From Paraspadella gotoi (lineage: Eukaryota; Animalia; Chaetognatha): a stretch of 48,507 nucleotides of DNA. The position numbers were made by a program, and so were the translations under genes. The DNA is taken from positions 8,748,089 through 8,796,595 of the forward strand of contig CM119266.1 in assembly GCA_051294375.1 (NCBI GenBank). The letters run 5' to 3'. Below the pieces are notes generated by a model. It had not been told where the DNA came from, made no database searches, and saw only the letters and a program-made list of their open reading frames with translations. Every line of letters starts with the position of its first letter. Position 1 is the stretch's first letter. Of the stretch, positions 10,139 through 34,017 are shown one piece after another.

Positions 10139-10972
10139 ACAAATCCAACCCTTTTGCCCACACACTACCAACACAAACTTCAAGCACCAAACACCTTAGC
10201 ATTATTTCATACTGTGCCCACAACTTCCTTCAATCCAAAACTTATCTCACATCAAATCGCCGCCCCGATCCTCCACCGTCTCCAGCTAATTTCCTCTATC
10301 TTAAACTTCTTTAGTCATCAATGAATAGTATACATGAAAATGAACGATGAATCAACGAGGTCATCCTAACCTAGTAATGTCAAAACTGCACAGAACTGTT
10401 CACTACATTCACACAGAACTGGAAAGAACTAGTCCACTAATTTTATGTTCCACTAATGATCTTTTTTCTTTATTGTTAATATCGTTAAAAAGTTGCAAAA
10501 TCATTAACATTGGGTGAAAATAAAAGTGACGTTTGTCTACATTAACATCTTTTTTTTTTTTCATTCATCTGAATCGTCGCCGTTAGAAAATTAAAGGAAA
10601 AGGACATAATGGAAAGATGGAGTACGAAAATATGCTGCCAAGTTCGCGATAACTGTGTCTCAATTGTGTGAGCGAGAGAGAGAGAGAGGCAGAGAGCAGA
10701 GAGAGAGAGACGAGGAGAGAGCCAGCGAGTAGAGAGACGATTCGTTAAACCGGTGAGAAAAAGGAGACCAGCAGCACGAGTGAAAACAGTCACTTCACAA
10801 TGCCGCTGCAAAGGCCAAAAGAAAGCAAAGAAAAAATAAAAGAAAAAAAAGGGAGCCAACCCATTGACAAGAATCCTTGGAAAGAAGTAAGAACTCGGAG
10901 CGAATGAGGCATTGGGGAGAACACCCTATCCTATGAATATAGTAGGAAAGGAAAAGACCCGATAGGATGTGT

Positions 10973-11008
<36 letters not shown>

Positions 11009-12789
11009 AGAGAGATTGCAGAGATGAGAGAGAGAGAGAGAGAAACTATAAATGATGACAAGATAAACTGAGATTTGAATTTTGACGTTGATTTTATATG
11101 GTGCAAATGTGAAATTTAAAACAGTAATGCAATTGTTATTGAGCTTGTGACAGTGATTATGATTATGTATTGTATGTACACATTATTTAAAGAAATGTTA
11201 ATTAGTAAAAAATTACAAAGTGACTATCTATATACGTATATACATAGTTTATACAATCTTCATGTTTAACACTGACGTTTTAATAAACGTTCAGCACTCT
11301 GCTCTAATACGAATAATGATAGATTAGAGAGAGAGAGAAAAGAGAAAGAGAGAAAGAGAGAAGAAGTGAGATTAAAAAAAAAATTAAAAAAATGTCCGAG
11401 GGATATTCTTTCCGGTTAATGGAGCGTGAGCATAAAGAGAATCGACGAAAAAGAAAAATATCTCGTCTTTTCCTCTTTGTCTCGTTTAGTCACGTGACTT
11501 CGGGCGTCGGCGGCATCGAGATAAATGACATCAATAAAAACAAAATTCACGACCGTGACAACAAATATCCCGTGATGGTCAGGAGGGAAAACAAGGAACG
11601 CTAATTTAAAGGTTAACCGCGTAAAACATGACCATTTTTATTATTTCATAAAGATTACGGAATTTACACTTGGTATAAACATAAATCATTACAAATACAA
11701 CTCTTGTATGTAACAATTCTTCAGTGTCTACCAATTATAAGCCATGTATTAAATAAAATTCCTATTCTTAAAGAATTTCTGACCGCTGAACCCTAAAAGG
11801 GGAAAAAAAAAGGCAAACGGGTTAACACCTCCCCGAGTTTCGCGGGCGCGTGACGGTGAGGGGTCGTGAAGCACTGAAGAGCCGCGTTCCAATGAGTTCA
11901 TAACATTTTATTAATGATTACATTTTAACGTTAGTGTCCTTTTGGTTTTTTTTAATGTTTCGAATTGTATAGTTTTAGTTTTACTTGTTTATCGTTTTCC
12001 CCAGTCTGTTCTATCTGAATATGTTTGATACGGTTTTTTGGTATTAATAAAAAGAAAAAAGAGCGCGTTCCTCGACTTTTCTCTTCACGATACTGTGAGT
12101 TTCGGCTCCGTCGATGATGCTAGCGTGAGTCATTCACGTTCCCTTTTGGTCAAGGACAATGGACGAAGACTGGGATGAACCGAGAGAACTCCAAAGAAAG
12201 AAGCGGAGAGTTTTCTTTCTTCCCTTATATATCTTTGTCTGCTTTCTTTGTCCTCAGGAAAAGGCGCTTTCTTAAAGATTACATATTGTGTATTTATATA
12301 AATGCGTTATTCAAATTAATAAAGTGAAGCTTTTAAAATATCAAGAAATAAAGTTTGGCGGCAGACAATACACAAAGAGGAGAAATAAAGATAATCTGAC
12401 GAAAGCTGTAGGTCTTTTTTTTCTATACAAATTAAAACTTATAAATTTTCGCCCTCTACGACAATCTTTCATTTAATCATAATTTCGGATACATCCATAA
12501 TTATTACATAATTCCATATCCATTCAACACACTGTTCAAGGTAAAACACCATCTCAGAGTCCTCAGTTGTTCTTTCTTCATGTTTTCGTTGTTGTTGTTC
12601 CGTCACATTTCGCTGTTGTTTGCAGTTGTTGTTGTTGTTGTTATTTTTAAAGTCAAATTTCGGCGGTCATTTTCGTCTCACGTGTCTCACGATTGGAAAT
12701 ATTCCATGAAATTCCATCTGACGGCTTTTTTTCGTCGAGGTTTCGACTGAATTTATCTCCTGTCAGAAAGAAAGCTCTCGACCTTTAAG

Positions 12790-13180
12790 ATCTCTTCTAG
12801 CCATTGTAGATTAGGTGATCTTATTGTAATCGACGATGGTCATCTGTGAATTAACGCGATATTGCTGGAAAATCTTTATGGCCATCTGTAAGATTTAGGT
12901 GAATCTGTTTGAAAGGTCCCAAGGGCAACATGCCATCTATAGATTAAGCGATAATGCTTTGAAATGATCTTTAGGCCATCTGTAGATTAAGTGATCTTGC
13001 TTGAAAGTTCCTATGGCCGACTGGCCATCTAATATCTACGTATTTATTGAATGATCTTAGACCATCTGTAGATTAAGTGAAAGGCTCTATGACCAAATGG
13101 CCATCTGTCGTTCAAGAATAGCTTAAAATATTTCGAGCTATCTGTAGATTTCAAAAACGACCATGTTAAGCCACAGATGA
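12790..13180. repeat. Degenerate minisatellite, unit roughly 40-50 bp (mirror ~23681-24071)
   Basis: Recurrent core GGCCATCTGTAGATTAAGTGA, roughly ten times. Confidence 0.75.
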
Positions 13181-13361
13181 TCAAAACTGCGCAAAAATAT
13201 TCCGAACGTCCCTTTGGTAATTTTCCGCCAAATCTCTGCAAATCTCTTCTTCTTCCATCAGGATTTACGAGAAAGATTTAGATTATTTATTTCTCCATCG
13301 AATTTGTTCTTTTCCGGAACTTTCAACTTTGATGTGCGGGTGTACATGGAAGGGAAGTAAC

Positions 13362-13446
<85 letters not shown>

Positions 13447-14344
13447 CGTAAGAAGATTCTTTCCCCGCGGTTCTCCTCGCCCACGTTCTCAAGGCTCCGG
13501 CCGAAGGGAGGAAAGAAAAAAAAAAAAAGAAAAAAAAAAAGAAAATCTTGATAATAAAGAATTTTAAAAAATGTAAAAGTAAAAAGAAAAAAATGGAATT
13601 CGAGAGACACAGGGGTATGTCCTGCGCGCATCAGTTTTATAATAAATGTTTGTCAATTAAACTTCAGATTGCTTTGTTATCATTCTCCTCATTCCAGAAA
13701 GATAGTTTTTAGTTTAGTTAGACAGACTGTCGGACAGACAGTCAGTATTCAGGCGAAACGTCGGATTAAACTGATAAGCAGAAAAGAAAAAACGACATAC
13801 AGACAGATACAAATTGGTAAGAAGTCTAACAGTCGGACCGACTGACAAACAGTCAGAAAGATGCAGCCGGTCAGCGACGCTTTCACAAAAAAAAAGTTGG
13901 AGAGAAAAAAAAAGAAAAAAAAGAAAATAACTCTCCTCTCAATATCTCTCCCCCTTTTTTTATCCAGAAGCCGGAAGCCGCAAATTCCTTTCGAAGGAAA
14001 GAAAAAAAATGAGAAAACAAGTTTACGCCCGACGTAAAAAAAGAGGTCCAATCTAGCATTATGATCAATGATTTCGATTCCAGCCGACAGGGTCTCTCCT
14101 GCTTGCTTGCTCGCTGATTTGTGGGCTTGCTTTTCTTTTCTTTCTTTCTTTCATCTTTTTTTCTTTCTATGTCTTTCTTTCTTTCTTTTTTCTTTCTTTT
14201 TTTTTCTTTTTTTCTTTCTTTTCTTTTCTTTCTTTTTTCTTACTCTACAGAATCCTCTTTTAGTTCCCAATTTTTCTTTCTTCGTCCTTTACTTTTTTTC
14301 CTCGATCAGTTCAGGCATTTTCCGGACCTCTCTCTCTCTCTCTT

Positions 14345-14390
<46 letters not shown>

Positions 14391-14942
14391 CCCTCCTCTC
14401 TCTCTCTTCTCTCTCTTCTCTCTCTCTCTCTCTCTCCTCTCTCCTCTCTCTTCTCTCTCTTCCTCTGCTTGCCTCCCTCTTAAACATCAGTTTCTTTATT
14501 TTCTTGTTTCAATTACAAAAAACTGTTCGGATAAAATTTTGTGGGTTTTTTTTATTGTCGGCTTCTCAGTTTTATATTTGCGACTGGACGTTTTTTTAAT
14601 AAAAATAATAAAATTTCATAAAATTAGTAAATTTTTTTTTTTAAATTAAAGGAGTAGCTTGAGAAAAATCAGAGATAACACAAAAGAAAAAAAGATTTCG
14701 GGAATGGAAAACCTTTGCTTTGTACAAAATATACGGTTTTTATAAAATAATGAATGAATGCATGAATGAACGCTATAGAAAATCATTTAAAACAATTTTT
14801 TTTTTTTTGCCATATAGTGTGTTTGTTTTATGCAAATCGCAAAGTGCAAAGAGCAAAGTGCGCACTCTCGCACTATAATCTACTATTATCTACTAGATCA
14901 CTCTTCAAAATCCGGGAGGGTTTAACCTTTCTTTGTCGTGCT

Positions 14943-14992
<50 letters not shown>

Positions 14993-15310
14993 CTCTTTCC
15001 TCTCTCTTCTCTCTCTCTCTCTTCTCCGTAAAATAAAAAGTGAATGGGATCGAGTTTCCATATCACCACGCCAGATGTCCACATCCACGGTAACCATGGT
15101 AACAAGATGTAATTCGTTGGCTCGACGATGATTTAAAAATACGACCTTTAAACGACTGGGGGCCGCGCTGGTTGGGGGGGGGAGAGGGATGAAGGGTGGG
15201 CATTGCCTGGTGTGAGATTTCATGGACTGAAAAACTCAGTTGCGAATCACGGGTGAAAAAAAATAGTGGTACGAGCGGATTTTTTAAGTTTAAATCGCGT
15301 TGTGTTGTAT

Positions 15311-15400
15311 TGATGACGATGATGATGATGATGATGATGACGATGATGATGATGACGATGGTTCAGATGATAACGGCGATGACGGACGACAAAGACCAAT
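15311..15400. repeat. (GAT/GAC)n trinucleotide tract (also ~21460-21550, 31235-31350, 39518-39633)
   Basis: Visible gatgatgac runs; the source of the poly-M, poly-D, poly-H and poly-S ORFs. Confidence 0.9.
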
Positions 15401-16271
15401 GCGAAGATGACGTCAGCAACTTTCCTGTCGGCCATAAATTTTAAGATTTGTGAAAGGGCGAGGTCTGCAGATATAACCGGCGCCATTGATGCGGTCGATT
15501 CGGGTCGCGCATTTTCGCCCGCGGTCAAAGTGGATCCATTCAATTTCGGTCACTCGAAAAATTCTCTCGGAAACGCTCAGATTGCGACTGCATTTTTCTT
15601 GTCAGGAATATGAATCAGTTTTGAATCGTAGGCATTATTAAATTTGTAGTATAAAAAATAACCTTATGGATAATGTTAAAAATATCAAACAAACAAAAAA
15701 AAATATGTAGGAAAACGAAGATGCTTTTAATTCGGGGCGACAACATTATCGTTTTCTAATTAATGGCAACGAACAGAAAAAGACAACATAAATTACAATG
15801 TGCAAAATGATGTCAAAAATGTCTCTTCTTTTATCACCAACGCCGCCCCGTTGTAGAAAGTGTCTCACCGAAAGAAACAAGGTCTTTCTTGAAGAAGAAG
15901 AAAGGGAAGGGATGCGAGGAGCGATAACAAAACGTGTCTTTTACGACTTACCCAGGGGGGAAAGTTAAAACGTGTACTGTTTGTCTTAAAAAAAAAAGCT
16001 GAAAAACTCTCTGTGTTAATATTTAATTCTTTTTAAAACAATTCTTAATCATATCGGTCAAGGTATTCGAAAACTCTGTAGTTATATTACGAAAAGCAAA
16101 TCATAAATATTATTTTATTTATTTATTATTTATTTTATTTTATCTTAAAATTTTTTAATCATTCAACTGTATTTAATTTTAAAAAAAGTATTATATTATT
16201 TTCATATCAGTTTTTAACTAGACAATAGCGGAACGATTTTTTGTGTGGCAGATTGTATTTTTCATCTGTCT

Positions 16272-16369
<98 letters not shown>

Positions 16370-16998
16370 ATTCCTCCGCTTTCGACTTTTTAAGCTTTAA
16401 TCTTGTGTCTATCTGTCTCTCAGTCACTGTCTCCTCTCTCTCTGACTTTTTAGAATAAAAGAAGTTAGTTGTACAAGTCTCTGGAGTGCGAACGCGCGGC
16501 CGTTTTGTGGTTTAATGCGGCAAAGAAAAAGCAATTTTAAGATCGGAGTACGAGAGGAGGTGGAGTAGGAGGAGGAGGTGAGTAGGAGGAGGTGGAGGTG
16601 GAGTAGGAGGAGGGGTGAGGGGAGAAGGTGGAGTAAGAGAGGAGGTGAGTGGCAAGCGAAGACGGATGAGAAAGGAGAGGAATATGGGGGGGAAAGAGTA
16701 GAGTGAATAGAGAAATGGAGCTCATAGAACCAACAAAAGAGAAGAGAGAGATTTTTGCAGTGTGGAGAAAAATAGCTATGAAATGGTACAACCACGATAA
16801 AAATTATCCATTCATTTAATTAATAAGCTATTTTTCCCCTGGACATTGGCAGCTTTGGTGGTTTAAGGCCTCCATCACTCTACTAGATATAGCAGTCCCT
16901 GCAAGGTTTCAGTCAGGACTCTCTCACAGTCTTGTTTTACTCTCTCCCAGAGTGTTTGGTTTCCTATCATGAGTGGTATAATATGTAATTATAATATG

Positions 16999-17350
16999 TA
17001 AGAACTGGAATACATAAATGGAATAGGTGAAACTAAGTAACCTAAGAACTGAATAAAATGAAACTGAACTATCTGCACTAAATAGCTAAGAACTGGGAAT
17101 ATTTAAACTAGAATAGCTGGGAATAAATAACCTAGAACGGATAAATTAAAACAAGAATAGCTGGGAATAAATACCCTAAGAATAGAATAATAAACAAGAA
17201 TAGCTGGAACTAGCTGCTAGAATTGGAATAAATGATATTGGAATAGCCTAAACAAAATAACCTAAGAAACTTTAAAAATCAAACAAAATATGTAGCTAAG
17301 ACTGGCACTAATAACCCAAGAAACTTTAATAAGCTAAGAAGTAAAACTGT
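16999..17350. repeat. Degenerate ~20-bp minisatellite (also ~19511-19862, 28715-29075, 32940-33370, 41223-41653)
   Basis: Alternating AAGAACTGGAATAAAT and AGAATAGCTGGGAATAAATAACCT units. Confidence 0.8.
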
Positions 17351-17656
17351 AATAAAGAATGGAGGTAGCGAAAGGACTGGAAAAGTTTCTTATGGAGTGA
17401 GCCATGAAGGAGAAAAAGAGGGCAAAAGGACTCGGCCAAAAAAAAGTGAAATTCATGGCCAAAGTGAAAAACATGGAAAAACATGGCAGTGAGTGAGAGG
17501 AGAGAAAGAAAAAGAGAAAGAGAGAGAGAGGAGAGAGAGTAGGACAAAAATACCGCAGAAAAGAATTAAACAAAGAGCGGTTCTATTTTTATTAAAGTTT
17601 TGGTTTGATATACGTGGAGGGGAATCGGGAAGCCATCTCTAATTGCTCAATAGGAG

Positions 17657-17745
<89 letters not shown>

Positions 17746-17858
17746 AGAGATGTTGCGTAATGAAGAAAACGATCGTTCAGTCGAAGGTTTTCGTGATTTC
17801 GTGAACGACCTTTTCTAGTCCTCGTTTGTTTCACCCTGACAACTGTTTCCAGGAGAGA

Positions 17859-17981
<123 letters not shown>

Positions 17982-18809
17982 GAGAGAGGTGGGGCAGGGC
18001 GGCGGAGGCTGTGAGTCGTAAAACAAATGAAATTCAGTGGAATCGCACGATCACTATGACAATTTATATGCGATTACCAATCATGAACTTTGAAAGTTGG
18101 ATATTAGGTCGCCCCGTTTTTAGCTGCCTCTGCCAGTAGTGGTCTGTGACCTGTGCCGAGCTGCGTCGACGGCGGTGGGCGGAGGCGGAGCGGCGGAGAC
18201 GGAGCGGCCAGTGTTGGATTCTCGCGCCGGAAAGGCGATTATTTTTCCCCGCTCTCCGTAAAAAACTGATGATCCCTCGTTTTTCCTCCTTTTATCTCTC
18301 GCTACTTTTTCGAAGTTCTTGTCCATAAATCGTTTTTCGAACTTGTACTCTCTCCTTTTCAACGAACCTTTCATTAAAAAGTTATTAAAAAAAGTTGACA
18401 AAGCATAAATAATCAGTTTTTTATATATATAATAAAAAAAAAACCTCACAAAGCATCGATGCTGGCTGCGCAGCTCGTCTTCAATTCTGCTTTTTTAATA
18501 ACTTTTTTATTGAAAGGTTCGCTTGAAAAGGAGAGAGTACAAGTTCGAAAAACGATTTATGGACAAAGAACTTCGAAAAAGTAGCGAGAGATAAAAGGAG
18601 GAAAAACGAGGGATCATCAGTTTTTTACGGAGAGCGGGAAAAATAATCGCCTTTCCGGCCGCCGAGATCCAACGCTGCCGCTGCCGCCTCCGCCGCTTCC
18701 GCCTCCGCCCACGCCGCCGACGCAGCTCGGCACAGCACGACCCTCGGAAGGGCTAAAAGCGGAAACAACTTTCAAAGTTATGATTGTAATCGCATATAAA
18801 TTGTCGTGA

Positions 18810-28689
<9,880 letters not shown>

Positions 28690-28714
28690 NNNNNNNNNNN
28701 NNNNNNNNNNNNNN

Positions 28715-30090
28715 ATTAAAGTTTCTTGGGTTATTTAGTGCCAGTTCTTAGCTACATATTTATTTCCAGCTTTAATTCTGTTTGATTTTTTAAAGTTCTT
28801 AGGTTATTTTGTTAAGGCTATTCCAATATCATTTATTCCAATTCTTAGCTCGCTAGTTCCAGCTATTCTTGTTTTATTTATTCCAGTTCTTGGGTTATTT
28901 ATTCCCAGCTATTCTAGTTTAATTTATTCCTGTTCTTAGGTTATTTATTCCCAGCTATTCTAGTTTAAATTATTCCAGTTCTTAGCTATTTAGTGTCAGA
29001 TATTTCAGTTTCATTTATTCCAGTTCTTAGGTTACTTAGTTTCACCTATTCCATTTTTATGTATTCCAGTTCTTACATATTATACATAATACATATTATA
29101 CCACTTCATTGATAGGGAAACCAGACACTCTGGGAGCGAGTAAAACAAGACTGTGAGAGAGTCCTGACTGAAACCTTGCAGGGACCTGCTATTATCTAGT
29201 AAGAGTGATGGAGGCCTTAANNNNNNNNNNNNNNNNNNNNNNNNNNNNNNNNNNNNNNNNNNNNNNNNNNNNNNNNNNNNNNNNNNNNNNNNNNNNNNNN
29301 NNNNNNNNNNNNNNNNNNNNNNNNNNNNNNNNNNNNNNNNNNNNNNNNNNNNNNNNNNNNNNNNNNNNNNNNNNNNNNNNNNNNNNNNNNNNNNNNNNNN
29401 NNNNNNNNNNNNNNNNNNNNNNNNNNNNNNNNNNNNNNNNNNNNNNNNNNNNNNNNNNNNNNNNNNNNNNNNNNNNNNNNNNNNNNNNNNNNNNNNNNNN
29501 NNNNNNNNNNNNNNNNNNNNNNNNNNNNNNNNNNNNNNNNNNNNNNNNNNNNNNNNNNNNNNNNNNNNNNNNNNNNNNNNNNNNNNNNNNNNNNNNNNNN
29601 NNNNNNNNNNNNNNNNNNNNNNNNNNNNNNNNNNNNNNNNNNNNNNNNNNNNNNNNNNNNNNNNNNNNNNNNNNNNNNNNNNNNNNNNNNNNNNNNNNNN
29701 NNNNNNNNNNNNNNNNNNNNNNNNNNNNNNNNNNNNNNNNNNNNNNNNNNNNNNNNNNNNNNNNNNNNNNNNNNNNNNNNNNNNNNNNNNNNNNNNNNNN
29801 NNNNNNNNNNNNNNNNNNNNNNNNNNNNNNNNNNNNNNNNNNNNNNNNNNNNNNNNNNNNNNNNNNNNNNNNNNNNNNNNNNNNNNNNNNNNNNNNNNNN
29901 NNNNNNNNTCTTAAAATTGCTTTTTCTTTGCCGCATTAAACCACAAAACGGCCGCGCGGTTCGCACTCCAGAGACTTGTAACAACTCAACTTCTTTTATT
30001 CTAAAAAGTCAGAGAGAGAGAGAGACAGTGACTGAGAGACAGATAGACACAAAGATTAAGCTACATAAAAAAGTCGAAAGCGGGAGGAAT

Positions 30091-30130
<40 letters not shown>

Positions 30131-31062
30131 GACAGATTGAAAAATACAATCTTGCCACACAAAAATTCGTTCCGCTATTGTCTAGTATAAACTGAATGAA
30201 AATAATATAATTAATTTTTTTAAAATTAAATACAGTTGAATGATTAAAAAATTTTAAGATAAAATAAAATAAATAAATAAATAAATAAAATAATATTTAT
30301 GATTTGCTTTTCGTCAATATAACTACAGAGTTTTCGAATATCTTTGACCGATAATGATTAAGACATTAGTTTTAAAAAGAATTAAATATTAACACAGAGA
30401 GTTTTTCAGATTTTTTTTTTAAAGACAAACAGTACTCGTTTTTAACTTTCCCCCTGGGTAAGTCGTAAAAGACACGTGTTTGTTATCGCTCCTCGCATCC
30501 CTTCCCTTTCTCTCTTCTTCAAGAAAGACCATTGTTTCTTTCAGTGAGACACTTTCTACAACGGGGCGGCGTTGGTGATGAAAGAAGAGACATTTTGACA
30601 TTATTTTACACATTGTAATTTGTATTGTCTTTTTCTGTTCGTTGCCATTAAATTAGAAAACGATAATGTTGTCGCCCGATTAAAAGCATCTTCGTTTTCC
30701 TACATATTTTTTTTTGTTTGTTTGATATTTTTAACATTATCATAAGGTTATTTTTTATACTACAAAATTTAATAATGCTACGATTCGAAAACTGATTCAT
30801 ATTCCTGACAAGAAAAATGTAGTCGGCCAATCTGAGCGTTTCGAGAGAATTTTTTCGAGTGACCGAAAATTGAATGGATCCACTTTGACCGCGGGGCGAA
30901 AATGCGCGACCCGAATCGACCGCATCAATGGCGCCGGTTATATCTGCAGACCTTCGCCCTTTCACAAATCTTAAAATTTATGGCCGACAGGAAAGTTGCT
31001 GACGTCATCTTCGCATTGGTCTTTGTCGTCGTCATCGCCGTTATCATCTGAACCATCGTCAT
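28715..31062 (-). repeat. Further inverted copy of about 15352-17330, interrupted by a 688-N gap; forms a fold-back with about 31313-33345
   Basis: 28715-29220 matches 19531-19998 and 29909-31062 matches 20319 to ~21510, with small indels. Confidence 0.9.
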
Positions 31063-31087
31063 NNNNNNNNNNNNNNNNNNNNNNNNN

Positions 31088-32240
31088 GGGGGGGAGAGGG
31101 GATGAAGGGTGGGCATTGGCTGGTGTGAGATTTCATCGACTGAAAAACTCAGTTGCGAATCACGGGCGAAAAAAAAGTGGTTACGAGCGGATTTTTTTAA
31201 GTTTAAAATCGCTCTCGCGTTCGTTGTTGTTATTGATGACGATGATGATGATGATGACGATGATGATGATGATGACGATGATGATGATGATGATATGATG
31301 ATGATGACGATGACGACGATGGTTTCAGATGATAACGGCGATGACGACGACAAAGACCAATGCGAAGATGACGTCAGCAACTTTCCTGTCGGCCATAAAT
31401 TTTAAGATTTGTGAAAGGGCGAAGGTCTGCAGATATAACCGGCGCCATTGATGCGGTCGATTCGCGGTCGCGCATTTTCGCCCCGCGGTCAAAGTGGATC
31501 ATTCATTTTCGGTCACTCGAAAAAATTCTCTCGAAACGCTCAGATTGGCCGACTACATTTTTCTTGTCAGGAATATGAATCAGTTTTCGAATCGTGCATT
31601 ATTAAATTTTGTAGTATAAAAAATAATCTTATGATATGTTAAAAATATCAACAAACAAAAAAAAATATGTAGGAAAACGAAGATGCTTTTAATCGGGCGA
31701 CAACCATTATCGTTTTCTAATTTAATGGCAACGAACAGAAAAAGACAATACAAATTACAATGTGTAAAATAATGTCAAAATGTCTCTTCTTTCATCACCA
31801 ACGCCGCCCCGTTGTAGAAAGTGTCTCACCGAAAGAAACAATGGTCTTTCTTGAAAAGAGAGAAAGGGAAGGGATGCGAGGAGCGATAACAACACGTGTC
31901 TTTTACGACTTACCCAGGGGGAAAGTTAAAAACGAGTACTGTTTGTCTTAAAAAAAAAAATCTGAAAAACTCTCTGTGTTAAATATTTAATTCTTTTTAA
32001 AACTAATGTCTTAATCATTATCGGTCAAAGATATTCGAAAACTCTGTAGTTATATTGACGAAAAGCAAATCATAAATATTATTTTATTATTCATTTATTA
32101 TTTTATTTTATCTTAAATTTTTTAATCCATTCAACTGTATTTTAATTTTAAAAAAAATTAATTATATTATTTTCATTCAGTTTATACTAGACAATAGCGA
32201 ACGAATTTTTGTGTGGCAAGATTGTATTTTTCAATCTGTC

Positions 32241-32276
<36 letters not shown>

Positions 32277-33534
32277 CATTATTCCTCCCGCTTTCGACTT
32301 TTTTATGTAGCTTAATCTTTGTGTCTATCTGTCTCTCAGTCACTGTCTCTCTCTCTCTCTCTGACTTTTTAGAATAAAAGAAGTTGAGTTGTTACAAGTC
32401 TCTGGAGTGCGAACCGCGCGGCCGTTTTGTGGTTTAATGCGGCAAAGAAAAAGCAATTTTAAGATCGGAGTACGAGGAGGAGGTGGTGTAGGAGGAGGAG
32501 GTGAGTAGGAGGAGTGGAGGTGGAGTAGTAGGAGGTGGATGAGGAGGAGAAGGTGGAGGTGGAGTAAGAGGAGGAGGTGGAGTGGCAAGAGAAGATGGAT
32601 GGAGAAAGGAGAGGAATATGGGGGAAAGAGTAGAGTGAATAGAGAAATGGAGCTCATAGGAATCACAAAAGAGAAGAGAGAGATTTGCAGTGTGGAGAAA
32701 AATAAGCTATGAAATTGGTACAACAATATAAAAATTATCCAATCATTTAACTAATAAGCTATTTTTCCCCTGACATTGGGCAGGCTTTGGTGGTTTAAGG
32801 CCTCCATCACTCTTACTAGATAATAGCAGGTCCCTGCAAGGTTTCAGTCAGGACTCTCTCACAGTCTTGTTTTAACTCGCTCCCAGAGTGTCTGGTTTCC
32901 CTATCAATGAAGTGGTATAATATGTATTATGTATAATATGTAAGAACTGGAATACATAAAAATGGAATAGGTGAAACTAAGTAACCTAAAGAACTGGAAT
33001 AAATGAAACTGAAATATCTGACACTAAATAGCTAAGAACTGGAATAATTTCAACTAGAATAGCTGGGAATAAATAACCTAAGAACATGAATAATTAAACA
33101 AGAATAGCTGGGAATAAATAACCTAAGAACAGGAATAAATTAAACTAGAATAGCTGGGAATAAATAACCCAAGAACTGGAATAAATAAAACAAGAATAGC
33201 TGGAACTAGCGAGCTAAGAATTGGAATAAATGATATTGGAATAGCCTTAACAAAATAACCAAGAACTTTAAAAAATCAAACAGAATTAAAGCTGGAAATA
33301 AATATGTAGCTAAGAACTGGCACTAAATAACCCAAGAAACTTTAAATAAGCTAAGAAGTAAGAACTGTAATAAAGAATGGAGGGGTAGCGAAAGGACTGG
33401 AAAAGTTCTTATGGGTTGAGCAATAGAAGGAGAAAAAGTAGGGCAAAAGGGACTCGTCCCAAAAAAAGTGAAATTCATGGCCAAAGTGAAAAACATGGAA
33501 AAAACATGGCAGTGAGTGAGAGGAGAGAAAGAAA

Positions 33535-33609
<75 letters not shown>

Positions 33610-33740
33610 TGTGTGAGAGAGAGTAGACAAAAATACGTAGAAAAGAATTAAACAAAGACGGGGTTCTATTTTTATTTAAAGTTTTGGTTTGATATACGTG
33701 GAGGGAAATCGGGAAGCATTCTAATTGCTCAATAGGAGTT

Positions 33741-33831
<91 letters not shown>

Positions 33832-33934
33832 GATGTTGCGTAATGAAGAAAAACGATCGTTCAGTCGAAGGTTTCGTGATTTCGTGAACGACCTTTTCTA
33901 GTCCTCGTTTGTTTCAACCCTGACAACCTTTTCC

Positions 33935-34017
<83 letters not shown>

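Noticed and set aside
12790-17350. Repeat-spacer-like arrays as CRISPR
   Set aside because: Eukaryotic spliced context, degenerate repeats, related and irregular spacers, no cas genes.
30980-31051. 23-aa hydrophobic smORF MADRKVADVIFALVFVVVIAVII
   Set aside because: The Val/Ile richness is the antisense of the GAC/GAT tract, the frame differs in the palindrome copy, and there is no independent support.
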